From Promethearchaeota archaeon (lineage in GTDB: Archaea > Asgardarchaeota > Lokiarchaeia > Sigyniarchaeales > SOKP01): DNA of 64,000 bases. Shown here in pieces: positions 9,196-19,643 of the stretch. The stretch is taken from positions 1-64,000 of the forward strand of contig JAHPZJ010000025.1 in the NCBI GenBank assembly GCA_019058245.1, given 5' to 3'. The notes under the pieces were generated by a model, which saw only the letters and a program-made list of their open reading frames with translations, made no database searches and was not told the origin of the DNA. The first letter of the stretch is position 1. Every line of letters starts with the position of its first letter. Made by a program: the position numbers and the translations under genes.

Positions 9196-10335
9196 TTGAA
9201 AATTTTCGTATTCATGAATAAAGATACTAATAATATTTACCGAAAATTGCAAGAACATCTTGACAAATTACCAATTGGATTTCCTGTTACAGAATCTGGT
9301 GTAGAATTACGAATTTTAAAAAATCTTTTTACTCCAGAACAAGCAGAATTAGCAATGAAGTTAGGGTTTCAACCTTTACCCTTAAAGAAAATATATAGAA
9401 AGGTTAAAAGTAGTGGTCTTATGATTGAAGAATTGGAAAATAAGTTAGATAAGATGGATGAAATGGGGCTTATACATTGTGGTTCAGTCAAAGAAGAAGG
9501 TAAGGTTGTAAGGTATTATTCAAATGCTCCATTAGCAGTTGGTTTCTATGAATACCAAGCAAACCGTCTCACAGTAGATTTTTTCAAAGATATATTGCAA
9601 TACCAAGAAGAAGCATTTACAGACGAGTATAATAGGACAAAAATACCACAATTTAGGACAATACCTATAGAAGAAAGTATAGCATTTGAGCAAAAAATTT
9701 CGACCTATGACCAATTAAGAGCCTTGATTGAAAATATTGGGGAACCAATCGCAGTTCAAGAATGCATTTGTAGAAAAGGACATGATCTTATTAAAGATCC
9801 ATGTAAAAAGACAAATCTCAGAGAATCTTGCTTTTCTTTTCGAACCGCAGCAAAAACATATATTAATAAAGGATTAGGCAGAGAAATTTCAAAAGAAGAA
9901 GCATTAAAAATCCTAAAAAAAGCCGAAGATGATGGTTTAGTATTGCAACCAGGAAATTCTCAAAGACCAATGGCCATCTGTACCTGTTGTGGTTGTTGTT
10001 GTGGGGTACTTTCTAACCAAAAAAAATTATTAGAACCAGCACAATATTTTGCTACTAATTTCTATGCTTCAATTGATGATGATCTCTGTGTAGGATGTGA
10101 AACATGTAAAGATAGGTGTAATATGGATGCAATATATATGGAAAATAATATTGCTATTGTAAATAAAGCCAGATGTATTGGTTGTGGTGTATGTATTCCA
10201 ACATGCACATCTGATGCCATTAAACTTCTTAAAAAAGAAAAAGTAATCATTCCTCCAAAAAATACAGCAGGAACTTACATAGCAATAATGAATAAAAAGG
10301 CAGAATTAGCTAGAGCGGAAAAAAATTTACAATAA
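9196..10335 (+). CDS. 4Fe-4S dicluster ferredoxin-domain protein (likely start 9214)
   Basis: CICR, ICTCCGCCC, CVGCETCKDRC, CIGCGVCIPTC. Confidence 0.9.
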   Translation: MKIFVFMNKDTNNIYRKLQEHLDKLPIGFPVTESGVELRILKNLFTPEQAELAMKLGFQPLPLKKIYRKVKSSGLMIEELENKLDKMDEMGLIHCGSVKEEGKVVRYYSNAPLAVGFYEYQANRLTVDFFKDILQYQEEAFTDEYNRTKIPQFRTIPIEESIAFEQKISTYDQLRALIENIGEPIAVQECICRKGHDLIKDPCKKTNLRESCFSFRTAAKTYINKGLGREISKEEALKILKKAEDDGLVLQPGNSQRPMAICTCCGCCCGVLSNQKKLLEPAQYFATNFYASIDDDLCVGCETCKDRCNMDAIYMENNIAIVNKARCIGCGVCIPTCTSDAIKLLKKEKVIIPPKNTAGTYIAIMNKKAELARAEKNLQ

Positions 10336-10464
10336 ATTATTCCTTTTCAAAATTAGAAGTCTTTAGAAAACCTATTTTTGATTAAATATTTCGTCATTTT
10401 TTTTTTTCGAAGTTTTTAAAGCTTTACTAAAAAATAAAGTAATTATATATTATGTTTTAAGAAG

Positions 10465-10674
10465 ATGTTATCTTTTTTAGTAAAATTTAGAGACAAAAAG
10501 TTTCAAAAAAGCAAAAATTCTTTTTCTAAGAGATACCAACATTGTAATCGATGTGAAATCAACTTGAATATCTCCAATAATGAAGAGATAGTTTGTGGAA
10601 TCTGTGGAGAAACATTCTGTAATAGCTGTATTGATAAACATCAGAAGTATTGTTATTCCTTATTTCTGAAATAA
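10465..10674 (+). CDS. Small Cys/His zinc-finger protein
   Basis: CNRC...CGICGETFCNSCIDKHQKYC. Confidence 0.7.
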   Translation: MLSFLVKFRDKKFQKSKNSFSKRYQHCNRCEINLNISNNEEIVCGICGETFCNSCIDKHQKYCYSLFLK

Positions 10675-10763
10675 ATATAAGAAACTCTCCTTACAATAAT
10701 TTAATCTCAATAAAATCAACTCGAATACGCCGGAAAAGACAATTTTTCAATTAATAATGTTAA

Positions 10764-10928
10764 TTAGTTATGTTCTTTTTTTTTGAGAAATAAATTAGAA
10801 TTCAAGAATTTTCTATTATATGAACTAACTCGATCTTCTAATTCATCCTTATTAGCTAATATATGAATATGTCCATGGTAGATCACAACTTTATATTTTT
10901 CTCTATTAAATTCTCCAGATTTAGTCAT
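10764..10928 (-). CDS. 54-aa ORF below the ORF-track cutoff
   Basis: ATG at 10928, 12 nt after the upstream gene's stop; MTKSGEFNREKYKVVIYHGHIHILANKDELEDRVSSYNRKFLNSNLFLKKKEHN. Confidence 0.5.
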   Translation of the reverse strand: MTKSGEFNREKYKVVIYHGHIHILANKDELEDRVSSYNRKFLNSNLFLKKKEHN

Positions 10929-10940
10929 TATTATCAAGAG

Positions 10941-11663
10941 TTAAGAAACAACTTTATTTTTCTTTAAAATCCAACCATCAATGGAGAATTTTTGAACAAG
11001 GTTCATTACATTATCAAATCCAGAATGAATTCTTGATTTTGGAATCCAAACTTCTGCTTCATTTTCAAACTGAATAAGCAAAGCTTTATCAGTTTCTCCT
11101 TTAATAGCTCCAGTTATATCTCTTATCTCATTTGACTTTCTATCAATATGATCTTTAAAATTATTAAATATTTCACCATTATCTATAGAATCCATGATGA
11201 TTTCCTCCTGTACAATAATATTGCTTAAATTATTGGTACTAGTTTTCTTTGAACTATTGAGAACTGTAGCAAATTCTATTTTTTCTTTAAGTATATGTTT
11301 TAATAGCATTTCTAATATCTTGAATTGAGAATACTCGAGTACCTTTGAATAAGAACCGATATGAACCCAAAGTCTTTCCTTTTCTTCATTTTCCCATTTA
11401 AATGAGATCTGAGTCTTATTATCCTTGAAGGTATGATAACTCGACCACGAATCTACGTCTTTTGTGAGTACTCGAATAATCCAAACTAATTCTTCTAAGG
11501 AGAATTTAATTATTTTACCTTCTCCACTACTCGGCTTTTCCCAAGATCCATCATTTTTGCTTTTAATCAGTCTAAAAAACATAAAAGGATCATTTTTAGT
11601 AGCACTTTGAATAATTAATCCTACTTTTTGACCAAAAAAACTATAACTATGATTATCAACCAT
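10941..11663 (-). CDS. Hypothetical protein; possible Whirly/PC4-like N-domain plus small beta C-domain
   Basis: WEKPSSGEGKIIKFSLEEL; C-terminal ETDKALL...EVWIPKS. Confidence 0.6.
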   Translation of the reverse strand: MVDNHSYSFFGQKVGLIIQSATKNDPFMFFRLIKSKNDGSWEKPSSGEGKIIKFSLEELVWIIRVLTKDVDSWSSYHTFKDNKTQISFKWENEEKERLWVHIGSYSKVLEYSQFKILEMLLKHILKEKIEFATVLNSSKKTSTNNLSNIIVQEEIIMDSIDNGEIFNNFKDHIDRKSNEIRDITGAIKGETDKALLIQFENEAEVWIPKSRIHSGFDNVMNLVQKFSIDGWILKKNKVVS

Positions 11664-11783
11664 GTATTTATCAATAATTGGATATTTTTAAAGAAAAACA
11701 GAGTAAAAATTTAGTATTTTTGTCGAAAAATTAAAAATAACTTTTTCAAAAATTTTTTTTAATTCTTTATTCTTCTTACCAGT

Positions 11784-12629
11784 ATGGAAACAGACCATCA
11801 TAAAAAATCTGAAAGAGATGTAATAAAATCTACCCAACATCCCAATACAGTTACTTCATTAAAACAAGATTTTAAATTACTTGGTATTAGATCTGGACAA
11901 ATAATAATAATGCATAGTTCATTAAGTGCTATAGGATGGACTGTAGGAGGTCCTGTTACAGTTATAAAGGCACTCATGGAAATTCTTACATCAGAAGGAA
12001 CCTTGATAATGCCCACATTTTCGGGTGATAATACCGATCCCTCTGATTGGGAAAATCCTCCTGTCCCAGAAAGTTGGTGGAACATTATTCGTAATGAAAT
12101 GCCCGCTTATCATCCAAAAATAACACCTACGCGAGGAATGGGGATTATTGTTGATATATTTAGAAACTGGCCTACTGTAATCCGTAGTAGTCATCCAGTA
12201 TCCTCTTTTGCAGCTTGGGGAAAACATGCAGAATATATAATAAAAAACCATGATTTAATAGCTGATCTAGGTGAAAATTCTCCATTAGCTCGAATTTATC
12301 AGCTTAATGGAAAGATTTTATTAGTAGGAGTTTCCCATGAAAATAATAGTTCTCTCCATCTTGCTGAATATCGAAGTGACTTTCCAGGTAAGAACTATAA
12401 ATTAAATGGTTCAGCAATTCTAATAGATAACAAAAGAGAGTGGGTAGAATGGAGAGAACTTAATATTAATAGTGATGATTTTGAGCAATTGGGAATAGAT
12501 TTCGAATCTAAAATTAATTATTCTCCTAGTAAAGTTGGATTAGCTGATGCTAGATTATTATCACAACGAGAAATGGTAAATTTTGGTATAAAATGGTTAA
12601 AAAAAAATCGAATTAGAATAGAAGGATGA
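11784..12629 (+). CDS. AAC(3)/YokD family N-acetyltransferase
   Basis: MHSSLSAIGW, GTLIMPT, RSSHP, SSLHLAEYR. Confidence 0.92.
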   Translation: METDHHKKSERDVIKSTQHPNTVTSLKQDFKLLGIRSGQIIIMHSSLSAIGWTVGGPVTVIKALMEILTSEGTLIMPTFSGDNTDPSDWENPPVPESWWNIIRNEMPAYHPKITPTRGMGIIVDIFRNWPTVIRSSHPVSSFAAWGKHAEYIIKNHDLIADLGENSPLARIYQLNGKILLVGVSHENNSSLHLAEYRSDFPGKNYKLNGSAILIDNKREWVEWRELNINSDDFEQLGIDFESKINYSPSKVGLADARLLSQREMVNFGIKWLKKNRIRIEG

Positions 12630-12636
12630 GAGAAGA

Positions 12637-13443
12637 ATGATGAAAACTAAAGATTTCAAGAAATTACAAGAAATTTTGATGAATTCTTGGCCTGCTAAAT
12701 ATTATTATTTCTTAAATGGCTGGATATTACGTTTTACTGAGGGAGTCACATCTCGAGCAAATTCTGTTCTGCCTTTCAATTACATGGGAAACGTAAATAA
12801 ATTGGATAGAGATATAAAATTAGTTGAAAAGGCTTATAGATCCTATAATTTACCAACAATTTTTACAATTCCAGAATATTTTGAACCAACCGGTTTAGAT
12901 CTAAAATTATTAGAATATGGATATGAGCAAGTAGGTTCTATCACAAACACAATGATTATATCTATTCAAAAATTAAGAAATAAGCCAATTAATGATAAAT
13001 TTTCATATCTTTTTTATTCTAATAGAGTTACAAAATTCTCATCTTTTCTGGCAAAATATTCTAAAAGAGATCAATATGCCCAGAATGTTTTAGAAGCATT
13101 AGCCAATAGAATTATAGTTCCGATAAAATGTTTTATCGTAGCTGAATATAAAAAAAAAGTAGTAGGAACTCTGATGGGAATATTAGATCCCCATGGATTT
13201 TTATATATAGCTGATGTTCTAGTACATCCAGATTTTCAACGACAAGAAATTGCTACTTCAATGTTTTTCAAACTTATAAATAATTGGGCTATAGTAAATG
13301 GAGTAGAAGCTATATGGTTACAAGTTGAAATTGAGAATAAAGGAGCTATGGATCTGTATAAAAAGCTGGGATTTAAAAAAGCTTATAGCTATTACTATAT
13401 TGAGAAATCTTTAGAATCCTCGAAAAGTGTTTATAATGATTAA
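12637..13443 (+). CDS. GNAT acetyltransferase
   Basis: GVTSRANSV; VHPDFQRQEIA; NKGAMDLYKKLGF. Confidence 0.9.
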   Translation: MMKTKDFKKLQEILMNSWPAKYYYFLNGWILRFTEGVTSRANSVLPFNYMGNVNKLDRDIKLVEKAYRSYNLPTIFTIPEYFEPTGLDLKLLEYGYEQVGSITNTMIISIQKLRNKPINDKFSYLFYSNRVTKFSSFLAKYSKRDQYAQNVLEALANRIIVPIKCFIVAEYKKKVVGTLMGILDPHGFLYIADVLVHPDFQRQEIATSMFFKLINNWAIVNGVEAIWLQVEIENKGAMDLYKKLGFKKAYSYYYIEKSLESSKSVYND

Positions 13444-13453
13444 TTTTGAATTC

Positions 13454-14341
13454 TTAGAGATATGAAACAAATCCATAAGAACGTCTATCATCTAAAGAAA
13501 GGTTACTATTTATAAAACCAGAATCGATAACCCTCAGAAATTCACTAATTTCAGGGTAATTATTATATAGAAATGCGATTAATTCTTCAAAATAAGTGAT
13601 AAATCTCCCATAAGCAATTTTATAATTATTAAATTCTTTATAATTTAGATGGAGGATTAAAAAACGAGCAAATTTAGGCCTTAATTCTCTATTAAGTTTA
13701 TGGAGCATCGAAAAAATGTACTTCTGATTGTATTTTAAATCGATGAAAAGTAAAAGATCGATTAATTCTTTAATTTCTCTATAGTTCAGAAGGGAGAATT
13801 TAATTTTTTTTTTAAGTTCGAGAATACCACTCTTAATGAAGTACGACTCAGCCTGAGTTAATAACACACTTAATTCTTCTTTATTCAAATAATTTAAATA
13901 GCCATTTTTCAAAATGTAATTTTTTACTTTTAAATTACCCTTTTCAAACCTTTTAGCTAGTAGATCTTTAAAAACTGATGCTGCTAGCTTGTCACCCGCC
14001 ATAGTTAACTCTTTAAGTAAAGGAAACGCCAAATTACTGTGGATCAAACCTGAATTATAGCCATTTTCATACCATACCTGAAGATTTGAACAATGAGCCC
14101 AAAATATTGTTTTTGGAGAAATTTTTAAATTAATATTATTAGCAATTTCAATAATGTTATCATTTTTTTCTATAAAATCATCGATTGAATCAATGCCTTC
14201 TAAATTTTCAATTTTTTCTATAGGTAAACTCAATAAAAGGTATTTACAATGCATAAATAACTTATTATTCACATAAATGTTTGTTCTACCATTTTCTAAT
14301 CTTAGTTTGAGGAATGAATTAATTGTATAATCTAACATCAA
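13454..14341 (-). CDS. Member of the Lokiarchaeal expanded family whose N-domain is usually seen on LRR proteins
   Basis: LKLRLENGRTNIYV...CKYLLL...FWAHCSNLQVWYENGY...HSNLAFPLLKEL. Confidence 0.7.
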   Translation of the reverse strand: MMLDYTINSFLKLRLENGRTNIYVNNKLFMHCKYLLLSLPIEKIENLEGIDSIDDFIEKNDNIIEIANNINLKISPKTIFWAHCSNLQVWYENGYNSGLIHSNLAFPLLKELTMAGDKLAASVFKDLLAKRFEKGNLKVKNYILKNGYLNYLNKEELSVLLTQAESYFIKSGILELKKKIKFSLLNYREIKELIDLLLFIDLKYNQKYIFSMLHKLNRELRPKFARFLILHLNYKEFNNYKIAYGRFITYFEELIAFLYNNYPEISEFLRVIDSGFINSNLSLDDRRSYGFVSYL

Positions 14342-14442
14342 AATGTAAAGGTATGTCTTTAGTTATATTTTTATGTTTTTTAAAGAAGATATAAATTCAA
14401 TAAATAGATATGGTTAGATTTTGAAGAACCTAAAGTGATATT

Positions 14443-14835
14443 ATGATTGATTTAATAAAACAACTCTACGATAAAATATTATATTATTCAACTTTAGGTT
14501 TTGAAATACAACAAATATCCAATGGAAGAGCCCATTTCGAAATGGAAATAAGAAAAGAATTAACTCAATTTGGAATGATACATGGTGGTGTTTTAGCTTC
14601 ACTTATTGATTCAACTTGTGCATGTGCAGCATTTTCCTTGATACTTCCTAATGGAAATACTACTACAATAGATTTACAAATATAATTTTTGAGAAAAGTT
14701 TCAAAGGGACGTTTAAAATCAATAGCAAAATGTATAAAAAGCGGAAAGAACATCTTTTTCTGTAAAGCAAAAGTATGGGATGAACAAGGAAATTTTATAT
14801 CTACAGGAAGTTCTCAACGTCTTAGAGTGAAATGA
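14443..14835 (+). pseudogene. PaaI family hotdog thioesterase with internal TAA
   Basis: HGGVLASLIDS motif; the frame continues past TAA (14683-85) as FLRKVSKG...KAKVWDEQG...RVK to TGA at 14835. Confidence 0.8.
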
Positions 14836-15011
14836 ATTAACGAATGAGTGAAGAAAAATATCGCGATTCTTCCTTATTTTTTGTTTATTTAACTTTTACA
14901 TTTAAGTAAAAAAAGAGGAAATATGTGGTAAAATTTTTTTATTTTATAGTATTCCAGAAACCAGAATTTATGGTACTTTTTTATATTTGAATTAAAATAG
15001 ATAATATTATT

Positions 15012-15521
15012 ATGAAAAAAACAGTAAAACTTATTGTTTCTGGTGATGGTGGAGTTGGGAAAACTTCATTTCTCAAACGTCTGATTCATGATAATTTCGA
15101 TAATAATTGTGAATTAACGAAGGGAGTTGATTTTTTTTCAAAAATTCTCACAGTAAATGGTAATGAGTATAATTTCGTAATGTGGGATTTTGCAGGTCAA
15201 GATCAATTTAAGCAACTTATAAATGATTTCGTTGATGGTTCTATTGCAGCATTTATATTATTCGACTTATCACGTTTTAATACTCTTGAAAATGCTGAAA
15301 AATGGATACGAAAACTTAATGAATTGGGCAATATTTCAGCTTTTTTATTAGGATCAAAATACGATATGATTAATTTTCATGAATGTAACGCTTTTGATAA
15401 TTATGTCTCAGAAATTATGAATAAATATAACAATATAATAGGCTATTTAAAAATCTCATCAAAAACGGGATATAATGTCAAAGAGGCTTTTAATTCTTTA
15501 TTGAAGAGTATTTCAAATTAA
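15012..15521 (+). CDS. Rab-like small GTPase
   Basis: GDGGVGKT, TKGVDF, WDFAGQ, GSKYD (variant G4), SSK. Confidence 0.9.
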   Translation: MKKTVKLIVSGDGGVGKTSFLKRLIHDNFDNNCELTKGVDFFSKILTVNGNEYNFVMWDFAGQDQFKQLINDFVDGSIAAFILFDLSRFNTLENAEKWIRKLNELGNISAFLLGSKYDMINFHECNAFDNYVSEIMNKYNNIIGYLKISSKTGYNVKEAFNSLLKSISN

Positions 15522-15532
15522 AAATAAAAAAA

Positions 15533-16561
15533 TTAGACTTTTGTAATCCAACCAAAATCGTCTTCAATATCTAATCTTTGAATCCCTGTCAACAATTCGT
15601 ATATTTTTGTTGCTACTTCACCAGGTTCTCGGTTATTAAATATACGACTTTTACCTTCTAAAGAAATTGATGCAATTGGTGTAATAACAGCAGCTGTACC
15701 ACTACAAAACATTTCTGTGCAGGTTTCCTCGTATAATTCTTTATAGGAAATATTTCTCTCCTCAACCTCTAACCCAAGTTTTTTTGATGCTATTTCTAAT
15801 ACTGATTCTCTTGTAATTCCTTCTAAAATCGTACCGGATTTTCTTGGAGTTGCTAATTTACCATTAATCATTGCGAAAAAATTTGCAGCACCAACTTCCT
15901 CTATATATTCATTATGAACTGCATCTAAATAAAGAATTTGGGAAAACCCCCGTAATTTAGATTCTTTTGCTGGTAACATTGTTCCTGCATAATTACAAAT
16001 GGTTTTAGCAGAACCAGTACCCCCTGGAGCGGCTCTTATATATTCTTTTGAAATTTCTAAATTGATTCCTTTAAATCCCTCTGGAAAATAAGGACCAACT
16101 GGAACTGTAAAAATAATTAATTTAAACTCATCTGCTGAATGTACTCCTAAAACTGGTCCATATCCAAATAATATTGGTCGGATATATAAAGCACCCCCAC
16201 TATCATAAGGTGGAATGTAATCTTTATTTTCCTTTACAACACTTTTTATTGCACTAATAAATTTATCTACATCATATTCGGGTAATAACATCCTTTTAGC
16301 ACCTAAATTGAATCTCTTCGCATTTTTTTCAGGTCTAAATAATGTTATTTCTCCATTTTTAGCTTTTAAGGCTTTCATTCCTTCAAAAATACCTTGTCCA
16401 TAATTTAATACACAAGATGCTGGAGATATCTCAAAACTCCCAAATGGCATCAATTCTCCGTCATCCCACTTCCCATTCTTGTGATTTGCCATAAACATAG
16501 TCTTGGTTTCAATAAAATTGAATCCTAGTGAATAGAAATCGATATCTTTCGGGTCCACCAT
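15533..16561 (-). CDS. ilvE: Branched-chain amino acid aminotransferase (likely start 16561)
   Basis: LNYGQGIFEGMKA, LFRP, LYIRP, AKTICNY, ILEGITR. Confidence 0.95.
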   Translation of the reverse strand: MVDPKDIDFYSLGFNFIETKTMFMANHKNGKWDDGELMPFGSFEISPASCVLNYGQGIFEGMKALKAKNGEITLFRPEKNAKRFNLGAKRMLLPEYDVDKFISAIKSVVKENKDYIPPYDSGGALYIRPILFGYGPVLGVHSADEFKLIIFTVPVGPYFPEGFKGINLEISKEYIRAAPGGTGSAKTICNYAGTMLPAKESKLRGFSQILYLDAVHNEYIEEVGAANFFAMINGKLATPRKSGTILEGITRESVLEIASKKLGLEVEERNISYKELYEETCTEMFCSGTAAVITPIASISLEGKSRIFNNREPGEVATKIYELLTGIQRLDIEDDFGWITKV

Positions 16562-16803
16562 GGCTTTATAAACCTCTATTTTTTTTTGAATTATTAGGTT
16601 TAATATATGAAGATTAAAAAGTCTTATCAATAATAATCGAACTAATTAGAATTACCAATGTTAATATTATCTTAAATAAATTGGAAACCTTGCTATGAAT
16701 CAGAGGAAACAGTCATTATATGAAGAGTTAATTTTAGAATTCATCAATAAAAATTTATTACGTTTCCATAAAATTTTTCAAAACTAATAAGTTATTTTAA
16801 GTT

Positions 16804-17688
16804 ATGGCTCTACAAAAAGTAACAATAAAAGATATTTTAGAGAAGAAAAAAAAAGGTGAAAAAATAGTAACAATAACTTCATATGACTACAGTTTCGCAA
16901 AAATTGTGGATCAATCTAATATTGATCTAATTCTTGTAGGAGATTCACTCTCAATGGTAATGCTTGGATATAAGAATACTTTATCTGTTACAATGGATGA
17001 AATGCTACATCATACTAAAGCTGTTAGTCGAGGTGTATCAAATGCATTAATTGTTGGAGATATGCCTTTTCTTTCATATAAAATTGATCAAACAGATGCT
17101 GTTAAGAATGCTGGACGTTTTATTCAAGAAGGCGGTGCTGAGGCCGTTAAAGTCGAAGGAGGAACAGAGATCTGTCCTACAATTAAAGCAATGATCAATG
17201 CTGATATACAGGTTATGGGGCATATAGGTCTAACCCCCCAAGCTATCTATAAATTTGGAGGTTTTTTAGTTCAAGGTAAGACAACAGAAGCAGCAAAGAA
17301 ATTAATTTTGGATGCCCAAAATTTGGAGCAATCAGGTGTTTTTTCAATTGTATTAGAAAGTATTCCTTGGCAACTAGCAAAAATAATAACAAGTACCGTT
17401 AATGTTCCAACTATAGGTATCGGGGCTGGAAAATATTGTGATGGGCAAATATTGGTAATTCACGACATGTTAGGTATTTTTACGGATTTTAAACCTAAAT
17501 TTTTAAAGTACTTTGGTAATATTGGTGAATCCATCAGACTTGCCTTAAATGATTATAAAGAGGAAGTACTGAACGGGTTATACCCAGATCAAGAACACTC
17601 ATATGAATTTCCTCAACAAGAACTAAATGAAATTAATGAGTGGGTTGAAAATGTTGATTTACGTGAAGAAGCTCGTAGATTAATTTAA
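16804..17688 (+). CDS. panB: Ketopantoate hydroxymethyltransferase
   Basis: [28 protein letters not shown]. Confidence 0.97.
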   Translation: MALQKVTIKDILEKKKKGEKIVTITSYDYSFAKIVDQSNIDLILVGDSLSMVMLGYKNTLSVTMDEMLHHTKAVSRGVSNALIVGDMPFLSYKIDQTDAVKNAGRFIQEGGAEAVKVEGGTEICPTIKAMINADIQVMGHIGLTPQAIYKFGGFLVQGKTTEAAKKLILDAQNLEQSGVFSIVLESIPWQLAKIITSTVNVPTIGIGAGKYCDGQILVIHDMLGIFTDFKPKFLKYFGNIGESIRLALNDYKEEVLNGLYPDQEHSYEFPQQELNEINEWVENVDLREEARRLI

Positions 17689-17882
17689 AATTTAAATTTA
17701 TTTTTTTAATTCAAAAATATAAATTATAATAATATCTTAAATAGTTATTCGTACAATAACAGAATTACACTATTATAAATAAAATTATAAATTTGTAATT
17801 ATAGTTATATAATATAATAGCTACAACATTTTAGAAAATTAATCGATATATATTTATTTGAAACGGAAAATGGGAACTAGTA

Positions 17883-19538
17883 ATGGCTGAAGAATATGAT
17901 TACCTCTTTAAATCGATCGTAGTTGGTGACGGTGGGGTTGGTAAGACGGCTCTAACTCTTCGATTTTCCAAAGGATTTTTTACAGAAGATTATAAAATGA
18001 CCATTGGAGTAGATTTTCATGTAAAAACTATTAACATCGATTCAATTGAAGGGCCTATTCGAGCAAAGCTTCAGATATGGGATACTGGAGGTCAGGAACG
18101 TTTCAGCTCAATTAGACCTATGTATTATAGAGGCTCTTTAGGTGCGTTATTAATTTTTGATCTGACTAATATAAGCAGTTTTGAACATCTTCCTCAATGG
18201 ATTGAAGAAGTGAGAGCAAATGTAAAAACCGAAATTCCACTATTACTAGTTGGTAACAAAAGTGATTTAGTTGAACAAAGAACAATATCTTTAGAAGAAA
18301 TTAATAATTTCACAAGGAATTTTAATTTATACTACATGGAAACTTCAGCAAAAACTGGTGAAGGTGTTGGAGATTGTTTTTATATCCTTGCGTGTTTAAT
18401 GATTGGTTCAGGAGTGCCTGATCAACTAATTTCTAGAGGGATTGTATTTAGTCCCGGACAAATTCCAACCACTGCTATAGGAACATATCCAATTCCTGCT
18501 GAGCAATTAAAAACAGAATTTGATTATTCTGCTCCTCCTGTTCCAGAGCCTACATCTATCAATACATATGAATCAACCCCTGCATTTGAACCTGAACCTG
18601 AATTTGAATTTGAGGCCCCTCCTGTTCCTGAACCTGCTATCGTTGAAAGTCAAGAACCTCCCCCTATATACGAACCAGAATTCGAACCAGAAATTCCTTT
18701 ACCTGAAACAAAGATTGAAGATTCACCAAAACAAACTGCTCAGTTCGATTTTAAGACACCTGAGGAGATATTAGCTCAAGAAAAACCAGAACAACAACTA
18801 ATTTCTCCTTCTCAAACAAATCCTATTTCTAGCAAAGAAGAAACATACAAACCAAAAGCAATTCCTTTTACAAACAATATTCCTATGCCCGCTCCTGCTC
18901 CAGAATCATTTCAATCTCCTCAAGAATCTCTTTCAAGTTTACCACCAGTAGAAAGCACTGCAACCAAATCAGAATCTATAATGGATTACTTACCTGAACC
19001 AATTTATTCGAAAAAAGACAAGAAAAAACTTGATAAACAAAAAAAGAAAGAAGAAAAAGAGAAAAAACAACAAATAGAAAAAGAGAAACATGAGAAACTT
19101 TTAGAAGAAATGAAGCAAGTAAAGAAGGAAAAAAAGGAAAAACCTAAAAAGGAAAAAAAAGAAAAAGTAGAATCATTACAGTCCAAAGTTCCAGTTTCAC
19201 CTCAAATATCTCCAGGAAAAGCTTCATCAAGCCCTCCCTCCCTATTTCAAACATTATCTCAAAAAGTAGATGATATGGAAAAAACGTCAGTTGAAAGTTT
19301 TGTACCATTTAGAGCAGAAAAAGAATCCCAATCTCAAGAAACCAGTAAATTAAGGATAATTCCAAATGTATCAGATTTAGAAAGCAAACAAACTGCGTTT
19401 GCACCCACTCAAACAACAGTACCAGATCAACCATCCATCCCAAAATCCTCTGGAAAAGAAATTATTATTTGCAAACAGTGTGGAGCAATTTTATCTTCTG
19501 ATTATACATTTTGTAACAAATGCGGTAGTAAATTGTAA
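17883..19538 (+). CDS. Rab-like GTPase with Pro/Glu-rich linker, Lys/Glu-rich segment and C-terminal zinc ribbon
   Basis: EYDYLFK..VGDGGVGKT, TIGVDF, WDTGGQERF, NKSD, ETSAK; CKQC...CNKC at the C-terminus. Confidence 0.92.
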   Translation: MAEEYDYLFKSIVVGDGGVGKTALTLRFSKGFFTEDYKMTIGVDFHVKTINIDSIEGPIRAKLQIWDTGGQERFSSIRPMYYRGSLGALLIFDLTNISSFEHLPQWIEEVRANVKTEIPLLLVGNKSDLVEQRTISLEEINNFTRNFNLYYMETSAKTGEGVGDCFYILACLMIGSGVPDQLISRGIVFSPGQIPTTAIGTYPIPAEQLKTEFDYSAPPVPEPTSINTYESTPAFEPEPEFEFEAPPVPEPAIVESQEPPPIYEPEFEPEIPLPETKIEDSPKQTAQFDFKTPEEILAQEKPEQQLISPSQTNPISSKEETYKPKAIPFTNNIPMPAPAPESFQSPQESLSSLPPVESTATKSESIMDYLPEPIYSKKDKKKLDKQKKKEEKEKKQQIEKEKHEKLLEEMKQVKKEKKEKPKKEKKEKVESLQSKVPVSPQISPGKASSSPPSLFQTLSQKVDDMEKTSVESFVPFRAEKESQSQETSKLRIIPNVSDLESKQTAFAPTQTTVPDQPSIPKSSGKEIIICKQCGAILSSDYTFCNKCGSKL

Positions 19539-19643
19539 TTAAATTATTATCAAATTTAATTTATTTTAAATTGAAATTTTTCACAAGAAGTGTATTATTG
19601 AGGGGCAAATTTATTTATTTTTGAAGATTAAAAAAAAATCAGA

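Noticed and set aside
11784-12629. Aminoglycoside resistance gene
   Set aside because: The YokD/AAC(3) family is widespread, and substrate cannot be inferred from sequence
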